Translations under genes and position numbers: made by a program
Notes under the pieces: model-generated
Databases searched by the model: none
What the model saw: the letters and a program-made list of their open reading frames with translations, nothing else
What the model was told of the DNA's origin: nothing
In this document: positions 35,441 through 48,500 of the stretch, one piece after another
How positions within the stretch are numbered: position 1 is the first letter of the stretch
How the letters are laid out: every line of letters starts with the position of its first letter
Assembly (NCBI GenBank): GCA_026936335.1
Contig: JAPMXV010000020.1
Coordinates: 186,001-250,000, forward strand
DNA from: Mantamonas sphyraenae STR306
Lineage: Eukaryota; Protista; CRuMs
Length of the DNA stretch: 64,000 nt
Direction: 5' to 3'

Positions 35441-36421
35441 CTAGAGCGGGTCGGAGGCGAGGTGCTGGACGACTCGGAGAAGGAGCTCGTCTGGAAGCGT
35501 GCTGTACAGGTGAGAGGGCGTGTAGGCGTCCATGGAGCCTGCGTCAAAGAGAAGATCGCGCTCGGTGGTGTTGAGGAGGAGAAGGGTCTCCAGGGCCGTG
35601 TCGAGGGGGTCGGGAAAGAGTGGGTGCGTGCTGGTGGACCACGGGAGGGTGCGTGCAAGGTCTGCGGCACTTGTTTGGGAGTTGATGGGTTTGAGGTGAG
35701 GATCAGCGCCACGTTCAAGGAGGATTTGGATGGCGTCGAGGGAAGAGGCAGCGACAGCGGCCATGAGCGGGTCTGTGCTTGTGTCCGGAGAGGCGTGGAC
35801 GGGCACACCGAGGTCGAGGAGGGTCAGAAGTGTGTGAGTGTCATCTTGAGTGGCAGCTTGGATGAGGGCCTGGGCATCGGCGATGTTGCGTCCGACCGTC
35901 GGGTGTGGATTGAGGCTGATGCCGAGCTTGAGGAGAGCGCGGTTGTTTTGGAGGGCGTCGTCGAGAAGGTGGTGTTTGAAGGGTTGGGAAAAGTCGTTTT
36001 CGTAAAGGTGAATGTACAGGAGGGTGGTGTTGTGTGTGATGAGATCGGCAAGAGCCGGGAGCGAAGCGTCGGAAAGGTGGTTCTTCCAGAGGCCCAAGGA
36101 GAGGACGGGCGGGGCAGAGTCAGACGAGAGGAGGTCTGCGAGTGCAATGAAGCCGGCGTCGCCTATATGGGAGCCGCTGAGGTCGAGCTCTGTGACGGAG
36201 AGGTTTGTGTGGAGGGCGTCGACAAGGGTTGGGATTGCGAGGCAGTTGAAGCGCTCGAAGCGAAGGGAGACAGAGTGGGGGGAGGGTTGATCAAGAAGGA
36301 TGGCGGCCGAGTCGGCGTCACCTGCGTTGAGGGCAAGGAGAAGCGGAGCGGGCTCCTTGCGGAAAGCCAGCATGGGGACGGGGTTGGGTGGGCCCGCGTG
36401 GGTGCACAGAAACTTTGACAT
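35441..36421 (-). CDS. RI-like LRR plus ankyrin protein with a C-terminal F-box/SOCS-like helix (short paralogue)
   Basis: LRRs ('LDLSGSHIGDAGFIALADLL'), an ankyrin-like 'PLMAAV...AIQILLERGADP' and C-terminal 'LPDELLLRVVQHL'. The start could also be ATG 36373. Confidence 0.8.
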   Translation of the reverse strand: MSKFLCTHAGPPNPVPMLAFRKEPAPLLLALNAGDADSAAILLDQPSPHSVSLRFERFNCLAIPTLVDALHTNLSVTELDLSGSHIGDAGFIALADLLSSDSAPPVLSLGLWKNHLSDASLPALADLITHNTTLLYIHLYENDFSQPFKHHLLDDALQNNRALLKLGISLNPHPTVGRNIADAQALIQAATQDDTHTLLTLLDLGVPVHASPDTSTDPLMAAVAASSLDAIQILLERGADPHLKPINSQTSAADLARTLPWSTSTHPLFPDPLDTALETLLLLNTTERDLLFDAGSMDAYTPSHLYSTLPDELLLRVVQHLASDPL

Positions 36422-36561
36422 GGCTGTGCATCCGAAGCAATACAACTACTGTGGACGCAGCCTGGGATTTTGTAGGTGGTGGAGGGGGATGATGAGGAAA
36501 AGGGCCGGGAGAAAAGCGACAGAGAACATCGCTGACGCAAGGTTCGTGTGCAGTTCTGTGT

Positions 36562-39500
36562 TTGGCCACAGTGGTATGTTGTGTGCAGGAGGAAGGAAGG
36601 GAGGGATCTGCGGGCGATGGTTGGGTGTGGTTGTCGAGGCTAACACGAGAGGGGGGGGCGTGCGCGGGTCAGCTTGCGGTGTTGGGATCTCTGACGTTGC
36701 TTGTGTTTGTCAACTCTGTGGATTCGGGTGTTACGAGGCTTTCGAGCACGGAGGCACACGCACACACTCTGGAAGGGTGTCAAATTGTGTACAGGCGTGG
36801 CGGATTGCCAGGGCTGCCGCTGCTGGCGCGTGTGGAACATTCACCGTGGCATGTGCCCGAAATTCGTGCGTCGCCAACAGGCTTTTTCGTGCGGGACACG
36901 CGTCCGCGAGTGTCTGCGAGCATGGATGTGTTTCTGTGTCGACTGGTGATCACGGTGCCGCCCGGCGCTGTGGTGCCGGCAACGACGATTGCGCAGGAGA
37001 AGCACAACGTGTCTGTGCCTGCGTCGGGCATGTCGTTTGAGTCGCTGACGCTGGAGGGCTCGTTTACGGCGACCCGGCTGCAAAATTTGCACACGGTGTC
37101 GTCTCTGACGCTGCGTTTGAGTGACTCGAACGTGGAATTGACAAACACGTCGTTTGGGAGTCTGTCGATGGACGTGACGGGGAGCACGGTGCGGCTGAGC
37201 ACGAGGCAGTCGATTGCGGTGTCGTTTGTGCGTTTGGACCCTGCACAGGTATGCCTGTCGTCGTCTGTGGCGACGCCGTCTCTGCAGGAGTGCATTGTGG
37301 AAGCAAACAGCACCAACTGCACAGCAAGTGCATCGATGGTGGGACCTGATGCGACGGTGCGCGTGGTGAACGCAACGGTGCGATCGTCGTCGTTGTCGAT
37401 CTCGTCGCAGCCTCTTGTTGCGACGACAGGGTCGCTGAAAAGGGTGCAGTCTGCCAACACGGTGGGCCAGCGCGCAGGGGTTGATTTCACGCCTGGGGAG
37501 CGATCGAGCCTGGTGAATCTTTTTGGCAGGGTGCGAGACGGGAGTGCACAGGTGGACCTGGTGATGTTTGATGTGCCCGGAGCAACGCCAAACGTGACGT
37601 GGATGTGGTCGCGCAAGCCAATCTTTCTGGAGCTGGACTCTGCGTTTCTGTATCTGACTTCGGCGTCGCTTCTTGCGCCGCAGTCACGTGTCATCGACGC
37701 GTCGACACTTCCGTCTGTGTGTGCTCCTCCTCAGACGGCAGCGGACGGCTTGGCCAGTCGGCGGGCAGTGTACGAAGCGATTTCCGCGGTGGTTGGATCG
37801 CAGAGCGAGGGCACGATTGCATACTTCAACGGAACAGGCAGGCCGATTGGCATGTTCCGGGACGAGACTACAAATGAGCTGGTGGAGCGGGAGATGGACA
37901 TCTGGACAGACACGTTTCTGTTCCTGACGGTGCTGTTTGCGGCGTTTCTGGCGTTTGTGATCTCGCTGCTGGTGACGCTGAGCGTGGCGAGGCGGGTGCG
38001 AGACAGTGCGCGATCGCAGGACCTGCACTCGTTCTTTGCGTGGTTCGACGTGTCGCTGGACAAGATCATCAACGCAGAGAAGCGAAAGAGGCACGCGGCG
38101 GCAGCGGTGGAGGCCGACGTTCAGCAGTCGTCGTCGCTGCTGGATGACGACGGCTCGTGGCGCAGTGCGCTTGGGGCAAACTGGTTGGATGCAAGCATTG
38201 ATCAGGGCAACTGGAGAGATCACTTTCAGGAAGTGCGGCTCGGGTTCTATGCAGGGTTTTTCCCGCTGCCGCTTGTGCTTGCGCTGGTGATGCCTTCGAC
38301 GTTGTTGTCGATTGCGTATGGGTAAGTGTGTGGGTGGGTGGGTGTGGGGGTGTGGGGGGGTGTGTGTGGGGGGGGGGTGGGGGGAGGGGCGTGTACTGAG
38401 AGGGTGGAACTGACAAGTGTTGTGCCTCGTGGTGTTCAGGTACGTGCCGACGTTTCTCAACCAGTTCTCGATTTTTGCATACATTGTGATCGGGCTCGGG
38501 GTGCTGTTTACGTTTGTGGCGACGGTGGAGTATGTGTTGCATCTGACGCATTTGCAGATGCGCAAGTTTACGATGTTTTTCCACTTGATGCTGGTGGTGA
38601 ACTCGTCGCTGTCGCTGTTCTTTTTGATCAATGTGGCGCTGTGGGTGATCCTGGGGGTGATTATCAAACCGGACGTGGCGTTGCCATACGCAGCGGCGGT
38701 GGTTGTGTTTTTCACGCAGGGAGTGATGACTTCGCGGCGGCTGAAGGAAATGCGTGCCAAGGTTGTCAAGTCGCTGCGAGACGCGCTGTCGCGCTTCAAC
38801 TTGCCCGTGGTGGACTCACTGACGGATGCAGTGGACTCTGCGGTGGAGGTGTCACGTCAACACCTGCAAGGGGAAGAGGGAAACAAGTCGCAGACGGCTG
38901 TGTCGTCGCTGATGGCGAAAGCAAACCTGGCCATCAGTGGAGTGGAACAGTTTTCGCGTGCGGCACAGGGCCAACACAAGCTGCTGTCGAAGATTCTGCA
39001 GATTACAAAGCAGGCGACGCGCACAGACACACACAAGTTTGACACGGTGCACACGCTGGCACGTGAGATCCTGCCACTTGTGTTGGAGGGGCACGTGGAG
39101 CCCGTGAAGGAGTCCATGCACGGGATGCTGCAGGAGCTGTTTCAGGACGCGCTCCCAGATGCAGGGTCGATCAATGTGGAGCACAAGGCGCGGCATTTTG
39201 TGCACGGTGCACTGATGCCGCGGATTGCGCGTGTGCTGCATGAGCATGCGACGCCGTTTGCGCAACAGGTGCTTCTGGCTGTGCACGAGCTGCCAGACAG
39301 TGCGTTGAAGAACGTGGTGGTGTCGCGCACGGACACGGTACTGGCAAGCAACTTTCCGGCGACCCTGACCGCGGATATTGCCAAGGCGCTGGAGCAGCAG
39401 GTGCGTGAGCAGGGCGACTACAAAGCCTTGGTGGCGCAGGCCGAGAGGATGTGGAAGGCGATGCAGCAAGGCGAAAGCCTGCGGCCGCTGGCTATGGGCT

Positions 39501-42500
39501 ATGTGTTGGAGCTGTTGTCCAACGCGTCGAGCAAGGCGTGGCGCACGGTGTTCAACAGCGTGCTGCTGCCGGATAGCCTGGCGCAACAAGTGCTGCTGCA
39601 AGCGACCACTAGCATCCTGCCGGAGCACGTGCTGTCCAAGTTTTCAAAGGAGGCGCGTTCTGAGCTGGCAACGCGTGCGCTGGAGATTGTGTTTCGCTGC
39701 TACAAGCACGACGAGAGCGAAGGCAAGGTGGTTGCGTCTGCGCCTCTGAAGGCAATGTTGCCTGCGCTGAAAGCAGGCAACACGGCGCGGTTCCCTGGGT
39801 GCTGGGCAAAGCTGGTGACGGTGTTGGTGTCGAGTGAATCGATCCCGGGGCCCGTGCGTGGCATCCTCAACAGCCGGACGTCGGTGGATGCACCGATGCC
39901 TGTGCAGCTGCTGTGTGACATGCATGATGTGTTGGTGCAGAACAAGGCCAAGGTTGTGGAGGACGTGGCGTCGGACAAGGAGGCGACGCTGAACCTGATC
40001 CAACACATGCTCACGTCGGCAATCATGACGGCGTCAACGATTTCGTCGGCACGGTCGGCGGACCACCTGTTTCCGCCTGAGCTGGCCAAGGCGATTGTGC
40101 GGAGCGCATGTGAACGGTCTATGGAGCAGATCTTTTCGCTTGTGCTGGAACCACTGCTGCAGGGAGCAGAGTTGCGGCCTGTGCTTGCGTCGCTGGTGCG
40201 CGCGACGATCGGTCACCCGAGCATGCGCAGCGAGATGATGGATGCGTTGTCGGCCAAGCTGGACAAATGCGCAGGTGTGTTTCGTGAGGAATTGGTGTCG
40301 ACGATTGACGCGCGTATGGGCAACATTGTGGTGGAAGACTCGATCTGGAGGGCCCTGATTGGCGTGTGCGGCAAGCCGCCATCTTCGAGTGGGATCTCTG
40401 GAATGTTTTCGTCGTCGTCGTCGTCGTCGAGCAATACGATCGCGATGGACGATTTGTCTGGGCCGGAACCGAGTGCGCCGGCAGCGCGTGCGTCATTGAA
40501 GGCGTACCTGAAGATTAAGAGCAAGGGCAAGGACCTGCTGCGGGAGTTGGTGGTTGCTTTGGCTCAGGAGTTGCTCGGGGCCATTGATGCACAGACACTG
40601 CTGCGGGTGTTTCTGCAGGATGCGGCGGAGGCTGAGTCGCTGGACCGATCGTCGGTGTCGTTGGTGACGCGCATCATGCAGCTGTTTGAGCCGGACGAAC
40701 AGCAGCAAACACGTGCGCAGAAGCTGATGGGCGACACGAGCTCGCAGCCGCAGGCGCCGTCGCGCTCGCTGCAGGATGTGTTTGGTGCGGCGCTGCAGAG
40801 CGCGTTTGGAAAGGGACCTCCGTCGCCGCCGGATGAGGAGGCGGTGAAGGCGCTGGTGGTGGCAGTGATCCCTGTGGTGACGCATGGAAGACAGGGGATT
40901 GTGGAAGCTGCTGTGAACAGTGTGCTGCCACACATGGAGCCTCCGGCGGAGGTGAGTGTGGACTGGGCCGGGTTGATGGCGGAGTTGGTGAGCGCGATCG
41001 ACTCGCAGCGTCTGCTGGACAAGTTTAACCTGACGGTTTTGCTGCAAGAGCGGCTGCAGAACGACGATGCGCTTGGCGGAGTGATCCACAAGCGGCTTGC
41101 GAACAAGCTGTTTGCGCTTGTGGAGCTTGCTGACCCAGCGGCGAAAGTTCAGTTTGCGCTGGCAGTGCTGGAACACAAGCACAGATACGTGGCGCAAGTT
41201 GTGGAATTGCTGGAGCCGCACTCAGTGGTGCTGGACTTTGGGCGGACGTTGGCGACGCAGGCTCTGTTTTGGAACAAGTCTGTGAAGCGGATCATGGGCC
41301 CGGAAAACACGGCGTTGTCGGCGTCGCAGCTGTTGCAATCGTTTGACAAGGCGTTCCGTGCGCATTTCAACGCACAGCTGAAACAGTGGCAGAAACTGGA
41401 CGCGGTGGCGTACCTGCAGCACGGGTTCAGTGCGCTGAGCCAGCAGACTCTTGCGTCGAATCTGAACCACGTGCTGTCGCAGTTCCTCGTGCAAACGGCA
41501 GTGCAGCAGCTGGAACGGACGGTGACCGAGTCTGGGAATGGCAAGGCGACGCAAGTGGCGCAGCGGGTGTGGCAGGCGTTGAGTGAGCCGTTGCTCTCGA
41601 CACCGCTGGGCGGGATGGTGACGTTTATCGACACGGCCAAGTCTCAGCTTGTGGGCGACGAGCGATTCTTCAAAGAGCTGCTGCAGGCGCTGTTTGAGGC
41701 GCTTGGAGAGCAGATGAGCACGGACAACGAGGGCATGGGGGAAGTGCCGCAAGGAAACATCGGGGAACACATCCAGACGCTTCTGTCGCAGCACCTGCAG
41801 AGTTTGGACGCGACGAAGCTGCTGACGCGTTTGGTGATGCGTATGCTGTCGATGGTGTTTCCTCTGAAAGTGCTGCACTCGATCATGGAGCTGCCCGTGG
41901 TGGTGCGCAACGACCCGGTGAATTTTGTGCCTGTGGCGATGCGGACGGTGCTTGAGGTTGTGGATGTGGAATCGATGGCCACGCGACTGCTGTCACCACT
42001 GGCGACGGAGATGCTTGTGTCGAATTTGGGCACGGCGTCGCAGAAGCACTTTCGGGCCAACCTGGCACAGCACGCGGTCGCGTTCCGCGGCCACCTGGGC
42101 CAGGTGGTGGCGACGATCAGCCAGAAGCAGCTGTCGACACAGGCAATGAGTCGGTTGGTGGCAGATATGCGGGAGCGTGCACAGCGGACTGCGGGCGTGC
42201 GGATGTTTGAGGGCACTCTTGCGTTGCTGCAGGAGCAGGCCGAGGCTGTGTATGCGGCAGAGCAGCATGCAGAGAACAAAAAGGAAGTGAAGAGCGAGGC
42301 GGGAGCGGGCGAGGTGGCTGGGTTGGAGAGCGGGGCAGCGCCTGTGGAGGGGCCGATCACGCGCTCGCTTGTGGAGGCGTTTATTACGGCCGAGTTTGGG
42401 GCGCAGTTTGCGGAGATTGCGGCGCGTGTGGACCCTGCACGTCTGTTGGGTGGACAAGTGCACTCTGTGGAGGAGCTGTCGCAACACGTGGTGCAGACGG

Positions 42501-45500
42501 TGGTGCACAGCGTGACGGGGGAGGACTGGGCGCGTTTTGGTGCACAGAGCATGCGTTCGATGGCGAAGCGTGCGACACACGGACAGCTTCAGCTTCTGAT
42601 TCAGGTGCTGCCGCCTGTGGCGGACCTTGTCAAGGCGAACGAGGAGGCGCTGAAGGAGAAAAGCACGTGGCATTTTGCAAAGCACCACACACAAACGGTG
42701 TACAAGGCGTTCTTGGACGACACGGCGCGGCTGCAGCCTCTGATGGAACTGTTTGCGGAGCCTGCCAATGCCCAGAGCATCAGCGCGGGATTGAACTCGT
42801 TCTTTGCGGCAGAAATGCCTGAATTCGCGGCGCAGCTTCGATTGAACACGAATTTTGACGCGGAACTGAGCGCACAACACAGCGCAGAGATGGTAGAGGC
42901 GCTGCACAATGCATGCAAGGCGGTGGAGGTCGTGCAAAAGGTGATCAAGGCAGCTGCACGCGGATCTGGGCAGATGCCGATGGAGCGCTGGAACGCGGTG
43001 GTAGACGCAGCGGCAAAGAACACCAATGCATCTGCGCTGCTGCACACGTTGGCAGACACGGTGCTGTCGCACACGGGCGCGGTGCACGACCAGATTTTGG
43101 AGCGTGTCGAGGCAGCACGTGCGGCGACGGCGAGGGAGTTTGTGAAACAGCGGGAGACGCTGCAACATGCAGTGTTGCCGCTGTTGCCGCTGCTGCACGA
43201 GGTGGCAGCGACTCAGGTGCGCAAGGACATTGATGAGAGGTTTACTCTGAACGAAGAGGTTGCGACAGAGTACGTGCAAGCGGCTCTGGAGTACGTGCAG
43301 GTGGGAGCCAAGCTGCAGCACATTTTGCCGCGGGTGAACTTTGGAGAGATTGACGACGTGCGATACATTGTGCAGGTGACACTCGAGTCTGTGTCTGCGG
43401 CGTTCCGCAAGCACGCAGAGGAGCCGGAATGGAACGCAGTGGAGTGGATGGCGGAAGCAGTTTCGCTGAGCGGGAAGCCGCTGAGTAGTGCGCGTCTGAT
43501 GGGCGTGGCGAAGGAGATGTCACATGTGTTGGCGTGGGAGGTGCAGCGAGACGTGGTGGCCGAGTCGCTGACGGCATTGCTGCGTGTACTGCAGTCGAGC
43601 AACAGCATGGTGCGTCTGTCAAAGGCGATCATGGAGGACGTGAAGGAGTTTGTGGCTGGGCAAACGTCTGCCATCAGCCGATTGACGTTTGAGCGTCGCT
43701 TTGCGCAACAGGAGTTTGTGCCGATTGTGGCTCGGCACATCATCGGGGCGCTGGGGGAGAGCCAGCACCAGCTTGTGTGTGAGTGGGCGCTGGCGTGCGT
43801 GTCTGTGACGACGGACGCGCGGGTGGAACTGGTGACGGCGGACATGCTGGGATACCTTGGGCCGACACTTGCGGAGCTGTTGCCTCGCACGCAAGGGGCG
43901 CTTGGACAGCACATGCGAGACACGCTTGTGTCTGAAGAACCAGAGGATATGTTGGTGCGTGCGTTGGGTTCCGTGGGCGAGGCGATGCAGACACAGCTGT
44001 ACGCGGTGTTTATGCACATGGACGAGATCAAAGCGGGCTTTGTGCGTGAGCTTGTTCACCACTTCCGCAAGGATGTGTTTGCGGCGATCGAGTATGGGGA
44101 CGACCACTCGCTGTGCACGTGGTTGTCAGGGATCACGGGCGTGGCGGTTGGCCCCGATGGAATCATTGAGCGTGCAGATGTGGCGGCAGCGGACGAGGAA
44201 GCAGAGGAGGAGGAGGAGGAGGAGCAGGGTGAGGGTGACTGGGCGCCGCTACGTGGTGTGATTACGGTGCTTCGTGCGCACAACTCGCTGTATGGGTTGG
44301 AAACGCGCAACGACAGGCAAGAGATTTTGCGGGCGCTGCTGACGGGATTGTGCGAGGCGTACGTGGAGGAGGAGGAGAATCTGCGGGACATTGAGCCGCT
44401 GCTGTTTAGCAACAAGAAGCACAAGGGCGGCCTGTTCCACCGAGAGTTTGTGCGCACGCTTGTGTCTCGCGTGGATGCGATGCGTGTGGTGGAGGTGTTT
44501 GCGCGTGCAGTTGTGAGCAAGCTGGGAGCCAACTCGGGCGAACCCGGACGTGCGGCGTCGAGGCAAGTGCGCAACACGATGGCTGTGGGCGACCCGTCGC
44601 TTACACTGACGGCGTCGTATGTGAGGTCGTGGAACCCGTCGTGTGGAGCAATGGTGGAGGCGGTGGCAAGCGCCGTGGAGGAACAGTTGGACGACGGGGA
44701 GAAGGAGGCGTTGGTGCAGACCGTGCTGAGCGCCCTGTCGACACTGAAGTACCCTGTGGCGGGCGGGAAGCGACGCACAGTGACGGAAGAGGCGCAGGTG
44801 TTGGAGTACGCCGTGGCAGGGGCAGCGGAAAACCGGGGTGTGACGCGAGACTTGACGCGGTCACTGGTGTCTGTGCTTCGCAGCGTGGCGTCTGCATCTG
44901 AGGATGACGAGTTGATTGCGGCGACAGGGGCATTGTCCGAAGAGTTGACGCCTGCGTACGAGGCGGTGCTCGCTCTGGAGGCATTGCGCAGCGTGCAGGC
45001 ACACGTTGAGGTGCTCGTGGTGGATGTTGGGGCAGAGGCGGAGGGCCATAGGCTGGTTGATTGCAAAGTGGACGGCGTGTCGGAAGGAAGGGTTGTGAGT
45101 GTGGTTGTGAAGGAGGGAGAGGAGGGCCAATTGCTGCAGCAGCTTGCGAGGAACGCTGTGCAAGTGCTGTCGCTTCCTGGAATGGCGGTACAGCTGCTCG
45201 TGAGTGCCAAGTTGGATGCACAACAGCTGTATGTGCAGACGGAGAAGTTGTGGAGCAGCCCTGTGGGCGACGCGATGATTGATGGGACGGCGGAGTTGGC
45301 GGGTGGTGGTCGTGTGGATGAGGTGGAGGAAGTGGAAGTGGCCGCAGAGGAGGAGGGAGAGGGGGAGGAGGAGGAGGAGGAAGATGAGTGGGGCTTCTTC
45401 CAGCAGCAGTTTGAGCAGCAGGATGTGGGTGCGCTTGCAAAGGCGGCGGTGCGTGTCGTGCCTCTGATTGAGAGATACGCGCTGCGTGTGGTGCCGCAAG

Positions 45501-48500
45501 AGATGGCTGCGTTTGTGCAGGAACAGCCTCTGCCGGAGGGGTGCGTGCGTGAGCTGCTGACGCGGCTGGTGGACGAGCTTGAGGCGTCGCCGCTGTCGTT
45601 TGTGGGAGCACAAATGCGAGAGCAGATGAAGTCGCTGGAACAGGTGCTGAGCAGTCCGTCTATGCACAAATCGATTCGTGCGACGGTGGTGGACAAGGTG
45701 TTGTTGGGAGTGGCGAATGTGACGAACGGAGACGAGGTGATTGTGCGTGTGCTGGGTGGATTGAGGGGATCGACGTCGATCCTGGACGCATCTGTGTTGC
45801 AGAGGGTGTTTGCGAAAATGCTGTCGTCGGTGGACACGATGAAGATCCTGCAGGAGCTGTTTGTGGAAATGGCGTCGTCGGTGGTTCCGTTTGCGCTGCT
45901 TGCGCGCATGTTTGACTTGCTGGACAGTGGACACACACGTGTGGCGGAGGCAGAGGGAGGAAACGGATGCTTTGGATCGTGGTGCGGCGGTGCAACGGTG
46001 CAGGAGGCAGAGGGGGCGCCGGCGGAGATGGACGAACAGTCGATGAAGGAGTTTGCCAAGCTGCTGGCGACGACGGCGCTGAAGGTGATGCAGGTGGACC
46101 CGCAGCTTGTGGTGCGTCAGACGGTGGGCGACCTGGCAGCGATCCTGCCTGTGGACACTGTGCTCTCGGACGTGCGGTCACGTATGCGCAACTCAAGCCG
46201 GCACTTTTTCGCAAACCTGAAGGTCATGGCGACGCGTGCGCTGCACGAGATCCCGAGCGAGGAGCCGTTGGCAAAGTGCCGCCGATTGCTTGTGGCAGTG
46301 ATGTCTGCAAACGGGGACGGTGCGGCAGCGGAGGAGCTGAGCCGGGACCAGCTGATGCGCGTGTGTGAGGCCATGGTGGAACGAGTGTTTGAGGCGTTGC
46401 GCAACGTGTCTGGAAGCCGAATGGTGCTTGTGGAAGCACTGGGAGAAGGGAAGGTGCAAGAGGTTGTGGAGCGAGCGATGGAAATGGTGGACGCAAAGGC
46501 ACTTGTGCGTGGGGCGGTTGCGGACGCGTGGGAAACGCTGCTTGCGCCGGTTCTGGAGGAGAGGGAAGAGATGAGCGAGATTGTGGAGGAGGTTGTGCGC
46601 TGGTGGCCGCATATCCAACAGCTGGAGATGAACTACGTGCGCAGCATGCCGCGTGGGGTGAGCGGGGGAGCGGCGGTGGAGCTTGTGCAAGCGACGGTTG
46701 TGGACACGAGGGACGTGATGCTGCAGATGGCGCTGGACGAGATACACGGCAGCGACTTGCCAATTCCGAGTGACAGCGAGGAGGAGGAAGAAGAGGAGGT
46801 GGAGGTGGAGGTGGACGAGGTGGCTGTGGGTGTGGACGAAGCGAGTGAGGAGTTTGCGGCGGAGGACGTCCAGGCAGTGATGAGGCAGTGTGTATGCGGC
46901 GCAGATGTTGCTGGACGCCTGTTGAAGGCGCATGGAGGAGAGGTGGAGGCGGCGGTTGCGGGTGTGCCTGTGCTGAAGGCGGAGGAGGTGCCGTACGCGA
47001 TGAATGTGGAGGGCCTGCAGGAGAGTGTGATGGAGGACCTGAAGGTACAGCTGTTTGCATGCATGTCGGATGCGTGGATGGTGCCGAGCTCGTTGGTGGA
47101 CGTGTTTGAACGGTTTTGGGAGGTGTTTGCACGTGCGGTGGACGAGGGGGCGGTTATGGAAGAGGTGAGCCGTGCTGTGACGGCCGGGGTGGTGAGTCCG
47201 ACGGGGTGGAGTGTGGATGCGGCCAAGGGCACGGTGCACACGTGTGTGGTGAAGATGTACGAGCAGGTGTTTGACGTGCGGCGGGTTGTGGAGAATGCGT
47301 CGGAAGATGAGGTGGAACAGCTGGTGCCGTACCTGGGAGCGGTGTTTGTGGAAGAACGGCTGGAGACGGCGCTGTCTGTGGTGGCGATGCCGACAGGGAG
47401 CGGAAACGCGACGAATCTTGTGCATGGGGTGTTTGCGGCGGTGGGAGACACGGTGTCGAAGGAGACGATGGAGAGTGCGGTGGAGCAGCTGATGGAGAAT
47501 CTGGGGATGTCGATGCTCACGGATGTGGTTGCGCCGGTGGACGAGTCGATGCGGTCGGAGAAGTACGGAGCGGCTGTGTCGCAGCTGTTTGTGGAGCAAG
47601 TGAACAGGCTGCGACGTGGGCTGGAAGGCGGGCCGCTGCACTTTTTGAGCGAGGCTCTGGGGACGGAGGAGGTGCAGGGACAACTGGAGCAGGTTGTGCC
47701 TGCGGTGCTGAGCCGAGTGATGACGACGGCGGTGGGGCTGCTGTCGAAGCCGGAGGCGTACGAATTTGTGCGGAGCAAGGTGCTGGGAGTGGGAAGTGCA
47801 TCGCGTCTGGACAGCGTGAGCTTCACGGAAGCGCTGTTGCGTGTGGTGCCGCCGGAGGAGCTTATGCACGAGTTTATCCGCTCGCTTTTTGTGATGGTGT
47901 CGTCACCGCTGGAGATGATTGCGCATCAGAAGCTTGCGCCCGTGCTGGCGTCGCTGAACGAACGCCGCGTGCGCAAGGACCTTGTGCGGCGCGTGCACCA
48001 GACGCAGGAGCAGCTGACGGCAAACCTGTTTGCAAAGTTGGAGGAGCTGCGTGGGATTGTGCCAAGCAGCGAGGCGAGCGTGGACGAAAAGACACTGCCT
48101 GGCCCGCTGCAACGTGTGTGGGGCCTTGTGCCGTGGGACGTGATGGACGCTGAGCTTCGGGGACGTGCTGTGAAGAGCATGCACGAAGGGCTGATGGATG
48201 CGGTGATGACAAAGGAGAACGCACACACGGCGTTGCGCGGGGCAAAGGGGGGCCTGCCGGGGGTGGTTCGAGCAGCGGCGATGGCAGAGCCGTTGCACAT
48301 GTGGGGGCGTATTGTGAAAGAGGCGGTGGTGCCTGTGTTGGAGCAGGGTCTGGAGTCGGAGGCATGGATGAGTGCGCTCGGGGCAGAGTGGGCACGGCTG
48401 GCGGACGAACTGGACTCGGAGAACAAGCGAAAGTACAAGGCTCGGCGACAGTTGCGCTCGACAAAGACGTCGCACAACCTGAACCGCAGGAGCCGAGGGG